From contig NC_057718.1 in assembly GCF_004010195.1 (NCBI RefSeq), positions 22,777,903-22,797,902 of the forward strand: 20,000 nt of DNA, read 5' to 3'. The stretch's first letter is position 1. Every line of letters starts with the position of its first letter. Origin of the DNA: Chiloscyllium plagiosum. Lineage: Eukaryota. Positions 10,320 to 20,000 of the stretch are shown piece after piece. Under the pieces are notes generated by a model. That model ran no database searches. It was not told the origin of the DNA and saw nothing but the letters and a program-made list of their open reading frames with translations. The position numbers and the translations under genes were made by a program.

Positions 10320-10599
10320 TGAATCTCCATGGTTGGTTTACTGTCTCTCCATTCCAAAAGGAGTCAAGCAGAACCCTTAGGGAAGCTGACAATCCTTTGG
10401 GGAATTTTGGGAATCAAATCTATTTCATAGTTCTATAGAGAAATACTACAGACTTGAAGTGGAGCTTGGGTTGAAAGGTGGTCTCTGTGGTGAATTAATG
10501 ATCTTATTTGCACATCAAGTGCCCCCTGTTTGTGCTTTAAATTGATTGCACTAGAGGGAAATTACCCTAGCAAACTGACATGTAAAATCTTGCAAGATG

Positions 10600-10810
10600 C
10601 GCAAGCAAAATATTACTTCAGACAGAAATGAAAGGAAAGTATTGCAAATTTGAAATAAGATTTGAACAGAATAGCAAGTCATTCAGCTTTAAAGAGAAAG
10701 GAGTGGTTTCTGATGAATGGTCTCTAGGTGAAGCGTTAGTATTTATTCTGTTCACAGCTATTTAATAGACCATTTTCTGTTTTCAATTTCGAACTCAATG
10801 CAATGTGTGT
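10600..10810 (+). mobile_element. Very old relic of the 9472/13541-type repeat
   Basis: ttCTGATGAatggtctctaggtGAAGCGTTag at 10710, followed by cattttctgttttcaatttc. Boundaries are uncertain. Confidence 0.4.
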
Positions 10811-10893
10811 GCACTCAATAAAATTCTTCCTCTTCTAGAAAATGTACTTCTGTGTGCTGTCTGCAAGTAATGCTTGTTTCTGTTTGCTTGCAG

Positions 10894-11040
10894 TCCTTCT
10901 TGTACCTTGCCTGGTACATGACGATGTCAGTTCTGGGACATTATAACAACTTTTTCTTTGCTGCCCATTTGCTGGATATTGCAATGGGATTTAAAACATT
11001 ACGGACCATCCTGTCATCTGTGACACACAACGGCAAACAG
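10894..11040 (+). CDS. RYR2: RYR2 exon (147 nt; ~exon 99), [49 protein letters not shown] (S3-S4 and S4-S5 linker region)
   Basis: ttgcAG acceptor and CAG|GTACTT donor, phase 0/0. The peptide matches RYR2 as I recall it ([16 protein letters not shown]). Confidence 0.97.
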
Positions 11041-11416
11041 GTACTTGGATGCAAGCTTTTTAAGTATAAAGTTGGATCCACAAATGAATAGCAGGTACAT
11101 AGTCCCTGCATAACATGTTTATGAGGATTTTTGAATGTGTTTTCTAACAACTTGCCTGTAGCAATACTTTGAAACTTAAAATGCAAAGGGAAGAGATTTA
11201 TTTGTTCTCATTTAAGCATACGCTTAAGATGCAGCCGATTAAGAGATGCAACTTAATACAGCCAGAGGAAATGGGAAAACCAAATATTGTATGAATTGGT
11301 CAATCATTGTATGATTGAAAGACTTTGGGAAGTTATTCCTCAAGTTGTTCTGATAAAACAATTGAGTAATCATCCAGTAGAATCTACAGTTTTATTAAAT
11401 AGATGGCTATTAATGA

Positions 11417-11773
<357 letters not shown>

Positions 11774-12598
11774 TAAGGTAGCATTCTTATGATTTCCTGG
11801 CATGCACTCGCAATGGAGAAGCCTTTAAGCCATAAGTTGACCTTAATATTTTTGTTTAAATGGGCTTATAAGCTGTCTCACACATTTTAACCATCACTGT
11901 TGATCATAATGTTTACCTTGTTATGCTAAATTATATTTTAAGGATGAAAGATGAATGCTAATACAACTGTTCCACTAACAGTGTAGCTTTTATAAAGGAG
12001 CTTTGTGTTAGTAAATGTATTCCTATTTATTTTTAAGGTTCCTTCTCCTTTATGAAATGCTGCTTCTAATTGTCTTTTAATTTTTGATTTATTTCTGTGA
12101 ACAGTTACTGGATTTTCTCTTGCATTTTCCCAGCATATCCTGTACTCTAACAATGTTTACACAGTGAATATAATACGTGGGCTGTTTTGATTTAAGCTGC
12201 TTCTTTGGGCTTTGCAAAGTTCTTTTACTGAAGCTGCAGTGAGACAATGTACCAAGCCCTGTGGAGATTCACCTTCAGAGTTACACTCGATGGTTTATCT
12301 AAACCACAGGAACATTTCAGGGTCCATCAATGAGCAATGATGAATTGACATCAGGGTTTTCTGCTAAGGCAGCAGATCACAATTCAATTATATGAACATA
12401 AGATGCTTGCAATATTTTGAAAATGGACATGGGAGTATTGATTCTTGGATTAGGTGAATTTTTTGTCAGGTTTTCAATTACAATGATTTGTTGATTTGGT
12501 GGTTTGAAGTATAAACAAAGGACAAAGTATTTAGAGAGCTCAATCTGAAGGTGAGATGCATGCTCATCTGAAGTTGTCACTTATTCTTTTGTTTACAG

Positions 12599-12755
12599 TG
12601 TTACATGTTTCACATGTACGTGGGTGTTCGTGCTGGTGGAGGTATTGGTGATGAGATTGAAGATCCAGCTGGAGATGAATACGAAATCTATCGAATTATC
12701 TTTGATATCACCTTCTTCTTTTTTGTAATCGTCATCCTGTTGGCCATCATTCAAG
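12599..12755 (+). CDS. RYR2: RYR2 exon (157 nt; ~exon 101), [52 protein letters not shown](G): pore helix, selectivity filter, S6
   Basis: ttacAG acceptor and G|GTGCGG donor (phase 1). Contains the GGGIGD filter. EYEIYRII is RYR2-type (RYR1 EYELYRVV, RYR3 PYEMYRIV). Confidence 0.97.
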
Positions 12756-12837
12756 GTGCGGAGATATTTTGCAAGCGCATTTTGCAGCTGCTCGGGGAGA
12801 TTGTATTATTGTGACTATGTTTCACCATAGTCTTCAT

Positions 12838-13162
12838 CAAGGATGGGGAACCTGCGGCCTTAAGGCTGCATGCGGCTTTCCAGGCCATTGTGTGTGGCCT
12901 TTTGAATGAATCCAAATTTTGCAGAACGAATCTTTTATCTTTTATTAATATGTCTTTTTTTGTCCCACAAAGTAATTAAAAGGTTAGTTAACTTTAGAAT
13001 TAACATTTTTTTTTCATTTTTTTAGTTAGTACATGGTAGTGAGATTTTTATAAAATAATGTGAATTTTGAAGAATATATAATTGAAGTTTCTAGGATGCG
13101 GCCTTATTAGATTACAACTAACATAATGTGGCCTTCCAACATGAAAAGGATCCCCACCTCTG
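12838..13162. mobile_element. hAT-superfamily MITE (325 bp)
   Basis: Imperfect 16-bp TIRs CAAGGATGGGGAACCT / AGGATCCCCACCTCTG (12 of 16 match). 8-bp TSD GTCTTCAT (12830-37) / GTCTCCAT (13163-70). Subterminal (t)gcggcc repeats and an AT-rich core. Confidence 0.85.
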
Positions 13163-13540
13163 GTCTCCATTAATAGTTTTGAGAGGGCAGATGGATTTAT
13201 ATAAGCAATACACTGATAGAATATCCATCAGGTGGTGATTTTTAAAACTGCGCTGGAGGAAACCTAAGTGACACAAGTGGAATGCTTCTTCAGACCTTAA
13301 CCAATAAATATCCTGACTACATAATGCATGAGCAGTGAAACAGGAAAGTAGTGGCTAGTCAATAGCTAAAGCTGATAACTATGCTTTTTGTGCACTAAAT
13401 AATGTTAGAACTAGTGATTTTAACATTTTAAATTTGACAGAGTTATGAATATGTGGCATATCTCATTTCATCTGTACTTCCAAGTTTACAGGCACAATGG
13501 TGTAAAATTAATTATATACTATGAAAGATTGTGAGGAATC

Positions 13541-13743
13541 TTAGAGAAACTCAGCAGGTCTGGCAGCATCTATGGAGAGAGAAACAGAGTTAATGTTTGA
13601 GTCTGGTATGACTCTTCTTGAGTTCTGACTTGAAATGTTAACTCTGTTTCTCTCTCCTTTGATGACGCCAGACCCGCTGAGTGTCTCCATCAATTTCAGT
13701 GTTTGTTTCAGATTCCGAGCATCAGTAGTACTTTGTTTTTACT
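13541..13743 (+). mobile_element. Fold-back Penelope-like repeat with hammerhead remnant and a 13-bp TSD
   Basis: Exact TSD ATTGTGAGGAATC at 13528-13540 and 13744-13756. Inverted arms at about 13549-13603 / 13627-13682. Same family as 9472-9643. Confidence 0.85.
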
Positions 13744-14257
13744 ATTGTGAGGAATCAAGGAGTAAAAGCACTTTTTTAGTAACACGTTGGACAACAGACA
13801 ACAGAAGGACTCAGGTCTAATCTGTGGTTTATGCATGTTGGCTAACTTTAGCTGGCATGGAAATTAAAGCATTTCAAGTGCCTTTGGGCAAAGGGGAAGG
13901 CAAAAACAAAACAGCCAGAAGTGTTGTTACTGAATTCCAGCTTCCTGTTTACACTGGGGAACAAGTTAGTACACAGTGGATGACAATGAAATTGAGCTTG
14001 GTCTTAATGGCACGTTGCCCAGTCACCAATGTCCATCATCATCACCATAATGTTTAATGTCATTGAAATACCCACCACAAAATATTGTTTAACATTATCT
14101 TGGAAATTGTTGCAGATATCGGGCAGTTGCTTCTGGTGGTACAGTGGGTTTCCTGCTTCAGCACATGTTCCTCATGAACTGTAGCCAGTACACTCCTGGG
14201 TAAAAGGGGGCCAAAGATCCTATGAATTGGTGTCCCAGCTGGGAACTGCCACCCTGA

Positions 14258-14620
14258 TCATTGAGTCATAGAGTCATAGAGATGTACAGCACGGAAACAG
14301 ACCCTTAGGTCCAATACGTCCATGCCGACCAGATATCCCAACCTAATCTAGTCCCATTTGCCAGCACCCGACTCATATCCCTCTAAACCTCTCCTATTCA
14401 TATACCCATCCAAATCCCTTTTAAATAATGCAATTGTACCAGCCTCCACCACTTCCTCTGGCAGCTCAGTCCATATACACACTACCCTCTGCGTGAAGAA
14501 GTTGCCCCTTAGGCCCCTTTTATGTCTTTCCCTTCTCACCCTAAACCTATGCCCTCTAGTTCTGGACTCTCCCACTTCAGGGAAGAGACTTTGTCTATTT
14601 ATCTTATCTATGCCCCTCCA
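14258..14620 (-). mobile_element. Young 5'-truncated CR1 3' end
   Basis: ORF 14348-14575(-) reads SRTRGHRFRV...FFTQRVVCIWTELPEEVVEAG. The tail is an octamer repeat (catagagt). Confidence 0.92.
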
Positions 14621-14667
14621 TCTTGGAATAGATTCAGGGAAATATACCCCAAAATCCTTTGCACTAT

Positions 14668-15364
14668 TGTTATGACATGGGGTAAACCTTCCTGCTTAAA
14701 CCAGCAACACAGAAAAGATTTATCCTGTGCAGTAACCTGTGAAAATTCGAGAGGCCAAGAACCATTTAAAGTGAAAATTAACAACTCTATTCCTTAATGT
14801 ATAACACAGAATAATTAATTAACAAGTATTTACAACCTCTAACCTATCTTCTACCTTCCCTTCTATAATATCAGTCCAATAAAATCCCCGATTAAGATCT
14901 ACAAAACAAAACTCCTTATCTCAAAACCAGGCAGTTTTTGATTCTTCTTTGTATTCCTGTCTTCTTTTTTTCTTGGGGATTCTGCTTCACTGGTTACTGA
15001 TTGATAAAGTTACATTTAAGAGAGCTATTTTTGGGCAGTCTCTACATGCTAGTAGTTTGGCAGTTCTCCTCCCAACTGTTCAATTCTCCCTGGTCTTATA
15101 CCCCCAAAAGCATCAAATCGTGTCATTGGCTTTTAAGATTGTCAATATACTAAATTAAAACTGATTGGAATTTGGTTTTTATTTTGGGATATAATTTAAA
15201 CTGATTTGTCTAATTCGAATCTGTTTTTGTCTCCAGGCAACCAGCTACCCTAACTGCTGGACCAAAAAGTTACATTATATCTTTTTCAGAACACTTGGTG
15301 CTGTCAGGTAGTTCTCTTGCTTTTAACTCTCTTAAAGGTACAGTACACTCACACCTTCATAACA
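14668..15364 (-). repeat. 3' LTR (697 bp)
   Basis: Perfect 8-bp terminal inverted repeat TGTTATGA...TCATAACA. The adjacent CCTCCCCCCTT (15365-75) is the minus-strand polypurine tract. Confidence 0.9.
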
Positions 15365-15833
15365 CCTCCCCCCTTAAGAAAAAATGAACCATCATAATGA
15401 AAAGATGGCTTCATTTTTTTTCTATTTTTTAAACACATTGCCCTAACATACCGATAACCTTAACATAAGTTCACCTTAAACATCTTCCCATTTACCTGTT
15501 GTTTTAAAAAATTCTCAAGGTCAGGTTCGTAGGAGAGTAGTCTGACACAGAACAAACTGTTTTTGTCTCCAGGCAACCAGCTACCCTAACTGCTGGACCA
15601 AAAGGTTACATTATATCTTTTTCAGAACACTTGGTGCTGTCAGGTAGTTCTCTTGCTTTTAACTCTCTTAAAGGTACAGTACACTCACACCTTCATAACA
15701 CCTCCCCCTTAAGAAAAAATGAACCATCATAATGAAAAGATGGCTTCATTTTTTTTCTATTTTTTAAACACATTGCCCTAACATACCGATAACCTTAACA
15801 TAAGTTCACCTTAACATCTTCCCATTTACCTGT
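15221..15833. repeat. Near-identical ~278-bp direct duplication (15221-15499 / 15557-15833) with a 57-nt spacer
   Basis: The copies differ by only a few substitutions or homopolymer indels. The unit spans the LTR end, the PPT and adjacent internal sequence. Confidence 0.95.
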
Positions 15834-15888
15834 ATATATATATATATAAAACATTAAATAAATACAAATCTCATCTCGACTTTATCAG

Positions 15889-17130
15889 TTAAATCCGCGA
15901 TAACACATCTGCGATTACATTCTTGCGACCTGCAACATGTGTGATTTTTAAATTAAAAGTAAGACTCCAACAAAATAGTCTCATATTCTTGTCTTTAAAG
16001 CGTTCTAAGAATGTAAACAGATTGTGGTCCATGTACACCACCGTCTCCGACACATTGTTCGTGACATACACATGAAAATACTGTCAGGCCAGTTCCAATC
16101 TCAATAGTTCTTTTTCGATTGTGGAGTATTTCCTTTGGTGGATGTTGATCTTCTTTGAAAAGTAACCAACTGGCAGTTCAGTCCCATCCTCGCCTTCCTA
16201 TAGGAGTACAGCTCCAACTCCTATGTCACTAGCATCGATGGTAACTTTAAAAGATCTTGAAAAGTTTGGTGTAGCTGAAATTGGTTTGGTGGTTAATATT
16301 GATTTCAAATAATCGAATACCTCCTGGCATGGTTCTGTCCACCAAAGCTTTGTGTTCTTCTTCAGCAAATTGGTTAATGGTGCCACTACACTGCTGACGT
16401 TTGGAACAAACTTCGATAGAATCTGCTGAGTCCTTAGAATTGAAGCACCTCTTTCTTCAAGCTTGGTCATGGAAATTCCTCAATGGCCTTCGTCTTTGCG
16501 TTCCGTGGGGTCAACCTTCCATGACTGATGTTATGTCCCAAAAACATCACCTCTGCTTTCGTGAATTCAGTTTTATTTAAGTTTATCACCAGTTTTGCTT
16601 CTTGTAGTCAGTCAAAAAGCTCTGCCAACTGTACCATGTGATCTTTCCAGGACTTACTAAAGATCAGTACATCGTCCAAATAGACTTCACAGTTTGTTAA
16701 CCCAGCCTCAACTCTGTTCGAGAGTCTTTGGAATGTGGCGGGTGCATTCTTCATTCCAAAGGGCATCACTTTAAACTAATCTAGCCCATTTGGAGTTACA
16801 AACACAGAAATTTTTTTGCTGTCTCTAATAAAGGTACCTGCCAGTAACCACGCATTAAGTCCAACTTGGTGATGTAACTGGCTTGTCTGACTTTCTCAGT
16901 ACAGTCCTCCAATCTCAGAATTGGATATGAGTCTGATTTTGTAATGGCGTTGACCTTCCAATAATCCACACAGAATCGTTGAGTCTCGTCCGATTTGGGA
17001 ACGAAGATGATCGGCGAACTCTACTCACTCTGGCTTGGTTCAATGATGTCCTTGTGGAGCATGGCCTCCACCTCCATCTGGACCTCTGAAATATTCTCTG
17101 CCTCCTTTTCGCAGTACGCATCCACATATA
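15889..17130 (-). pseudogene. Gypsy pol remnant: reverse transcriptase plus RNase H, with frameshifts and stops
   Basis: Minus-strand motifs LDLMRGYWQVP, MPFGMKNAPATFQ, VYLDDVLIFS (YLDD at 16671-82), IDASDIGVGAVL, VYMDHNL and GRKNVIADVLSRI*. Confidence 0.92.
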
Positions 17131-17527
17131 TATCTTTTATCATCTTGACTTGCTGTTGCAAGTCTCTTCCCCTTTGAGGACTAAACACTTCTATCTGACC
17201 CTCTGCCTGTTCAGGGTTTTCCTGTCAAACAGGGTATCCACTAACTGAACCTCAACTCCTTTATCTTTCTCTTTACTTTTTGCTTTGTGCTGTGACTTAA
17301 GATAGTGGGATCTGGTTACCACACAGTCTGGGAAAGTACCAGGATATTTCTGTTTTAACTCCTCACTTTCTCTCACTTTTAATTTAATCAACCACAAGTC
17401 ACCAAAATTAAATAATTGTCTCACCTATGTTTTAGTTTAAGATCAAGGACATTAACCTGCAAGTATTTAAATGTGCTGAGATTTTTCGTATCCCCAAATC
17501 TATTCAACTCTGTCTAAACCAGTTCAA

Positions 17528-17547
17528 ATCCTGACAACAAGCCCCCA
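17528..17547 (-). other. Degenerate primer-binding site, tRNA-Pro-like
   Basis: The minus strand reads TGGGGGCTTGTTGTCAGGAT 3 nt after the LTR end; the tRNA-Pro PBS is TGGGGGCTCGTCCGGGAT. Confidence 0.7.
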
Positions 17548-17550
17548 AAC

Positions 17551-17900
17551 TGTTATGACACAGTGTAAACCCTCCTGCTTAATTTAAACCAACAACACAG
17601 AAAAGATTTATCCCATGCAGTAATCTGTGAAAATTCAACAAGCCAAGAACTATTTAAAGTAAAAATTAACAACTTTATTCCTTAAAGTATAAAGGAGAAT
17701 ACTTTACAGCAACTATTTACAACTCCTTCTTCTAACCTATCTTTTACCTTCCCTTCTCGAATATTATTCCAATAAAACCCCCGATTAAGATTTACAGAAC
17801 AAAACTTGTTATCTCCAAACCAGACAGCTTTTGGTTCTTCTCTGTATTTCTGTCTTCTTTTTCTTGGGGATTCTGCTTCACTGGTTACTGATTGATAAAG
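17551..17900 (-). repeat. 5' LTR, partial (similarity to 14668-15009 stops at the CR1 junction)
   Basis: Colinear with the other LTR up to ...ggttactgattgataaag, with many substitutions and several indels. Confidence 0.9.
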
Positions 17901-20000
17901 GTACAGAGATGGCTGGTCAGGTGGTGTGCTGTAGCTGTATGATGTGGGAGCTGGCTGATCCCATTGTGAATGGCAGTGACCACATCTGCAGCAAGTGTTG
18001 GTTGCTGGAAGAACTCCGGATCAGAGTTGATGATCTGGAATCTGAGCTTCAAACACTGCAGCGCATCCGGGAGGGGGAGAGTTTACCTGGACACTTTGTT
18101 TCAGGAGGAAGTCACACCTGGGAGATTAAGTAATTCACATTCAGCTAGTGATCAGGCACAAAAGAGTGAGACTGTAAGTGAGGCAGGTAGGGGGAACCGG
18201 AGTTCAGGAGTGGAGGAGCCTCAACCCTTGACCTTGTCCAACAGGTACGAGATTCTTGCTCCCTGTTCGGATGAGGAAAAGGGCTCTGGACAGGAAGAGC
18301 CAACTGACCAAGGCACCATGGTCCAGAAGGCCATTCAAGAGGGGGGAGCTAATAGACAAGTAGTGGTTATAGGGGATTCTATAATTAGGGGGACAGATAG
18401 TATCCTTTCCAAGCCGGATCGGGAGTCTCGCATGGTGTGTTGCCTGCCCGGTGCCAGGGTGAGAGACATCTCCGACCGTCTTGAAAGGATATTGGAGCGG
18501 GAGGGGGAGGATCCAGTTGTTGTGGTCCACGTTGGTACCAACAACATAGGAAAGACTAGGGTGGAGGACCTGTTTGGGCATTATGAAGCACTAGGATTTA
18601 AACTTGAGGCAGACTGGGAATGCAGCAAAAAGGAAGGATAACTTCGGACATCTTATGACTTCCAATATCTCTGATGATAAGAAAGTTAACATTAAGGCAC
18701 TTTACCTGAATGCTCGTAGCATTTGTAACAAAGCAGACGAACTAATGGCACAGATCATCGTGAATGATTATGATGTGGTAGGCATCACAGAGACGTGGTT
18801 ACAGGGGGGTCAGGACTGGCAGTTAAACATCCAAGGGTTTTCAACTTATCGAAAAGACAGGGAGGGGCAGAGGGGGCGGGGTTGCCTTGTTATTTCAGAA
18901 CAAAATTAAATCTATGGTGCTGAATGACATAGCGTCGGATGATGTGGAGTCTGTGTGGGTGGAATTGAGGAACCACAAAGGCAAAAAAACCATAACGGGA
19001 GTTATGTACAGACCTTCTAACAGTGGTCAGGACCAGGGCCGCAACATGTACTGGGAAATAGAGAAGGCATGTCAGAAAGGCAAGGTCACAGTGATCATGG
19101 GAGACTTCAATATGCAGGTGGACTGGGTAAATAATGTTGTGGATCCAAAGAAAGGGAATTCATGGAATGCTTACAGGATGGCTTTTTGGAACAGCTTGTC
19201 ATGGAGCCCACAAGGGAGCAGGCTATTCTGGACCTAGTGCTATGTAATGAACCAGACTTTATAAAAAATCTTAAAGTAAGGGAACACTTAGGAAGCAGCG
19301 AACATAATATGGTAAAGTTCAGCCTGCAGTTTGAAAGAGAGAAGGCAAAATCGGATGTAATGGTGTTACAGTTAAATAAAGGTAATTATGAGGGCATGAA
19401 AAAGGAACTGACGAAAATAGACTGGAAGCAGAGCCTAGCAGGGAAGACAGTAGAGCAAAAATGGCAGGAGTTTGTGGGTAAAATTGAGGACACTGTACAG
19501 AGGTTCATCCCCAAGAAGAGAAAGATTATCCGGGGAGGGATTAGACAGCCATGGCTGACAAAGGAAGTCAGGAAATCTATCAAAGAAAAAGTGAGAGCCG
19601 ATAAAGTGGCCAAGAGCACTGGGAAATCAGAAGATTGGGAAGGCTATAAAAACAAATAGAGGATAACAAAGAGAGAAATAAGGAAGGAGAGGATCAAATA
19701 TGAATGTAGGCTAGTCGGTAATATTAGAAATGATAGTAAAAGTTTCTTTCAATACATAAGAAACAAACAACAGGCAAGAGTAGACATTGAGCCACTTCAA
19801 ACTGATGCTGGAAGCCTGGTGATGGGAGATAAGGAAATAGCTGGAGAACTTAATAAGTACTTTGCGTCAGTCTTCAGTGGAAGACATGAGTAATATCCCC
19901 CAACAAATAAAGGGAGTCAGAGGGCTGAGTTGAGTATGTTGCCATTACAAAAGAGAAAGTGCTAGAAAAGCTAAAAGGTCTTAAAATTGACAAATCTCCT
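17901..20000 (+). mobile_element. CR1 LINE retaining ORF1 (zinc finger/leucine zipper plus SGNH esterase) and ORF2 APE endonuclease; runs off the window; decayed
   Basis: ATG at 17909 gives MAGQVVCCSC...HICSKC...LEELRIRVDDLESEL. After a frameshift come VVIGDSIIRG, CLPGARV and VHVGTNN. ORF2 from ~18690 has LYLNARS, GITETWL, MGDFN, ILDLVL, GSSEHN and QPWLT. Confidence 0.95.

Larger units (their letters stand above)
14668..17900 (-). mobile_element. Internally deleted Ty3/Gypsy LTR retrotransposon, Gmr1-like; 5' LTR interrupted by a CR1
   Basis: Two LTRs starting TGTTATGA (14668 and 17551), a PPT, a tRNA-Pro-like PBS, and RT/RNase H remnants. Confidence 0.9.

Noticed and set aside
15833..15848. 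(TA)n tract
   Set aside because: A short ordinary microsatellite inside the LTR element.
17831..18133. Signal-peptide-like hydrophobic leader fused to CR1 ORF1
   Set aside because: It starts at TTG in T-rich antisense LTR sequence (the same peptide appears at 14949), and ORF1 frameshifts about 60 codons later.
12756..20000. Absence of the next RYR2 exon (GLIIDAFGELRDQ) and of the preceding exon in 1-7841 as gene truncation
   Set aside because: I found neither exon, but multi-kb repeat-filled introns are normal here; they most likely lie outside the window.

Overview
Eukaryotic (vertebrate) genomic DNA, most likely from a shark, judged by HE1/V-SINEs, CR1 LINEs and other repeat types I recall from elasmobranch genomes. 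The window lies inside the 3' part of a + strand ryanodine receptor 2 gene. It holds four consecutive coding exons (61, 147, 135 and 157 nt, all AG/GT bounded) encoding the transmembrane/pore region, including the GGGIGD selectivity filter. The introns are full of nested mobile elements: CR1 LINEs (old fragments plus a 5'-intact copy with an esterase ORF1), HE1 SINEs, a LINE with a tRNA-like head plus its bipartite SINE derivative, a hAT MITE, and a deleted Gmr1-like Gypsy LTR element. The most unusual signal is a set of short Penelope-like repeats carrying minimal hammerhead-ribozyme motifs. Several are fold-back structures and three have exact 12-14 bp target-site duplications. There is also a 183-bp local duplication in which one copy has a textbook CTCF core. 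No prokaryotic features are present. Family assignments come from motif recognition and memory, not database searches.
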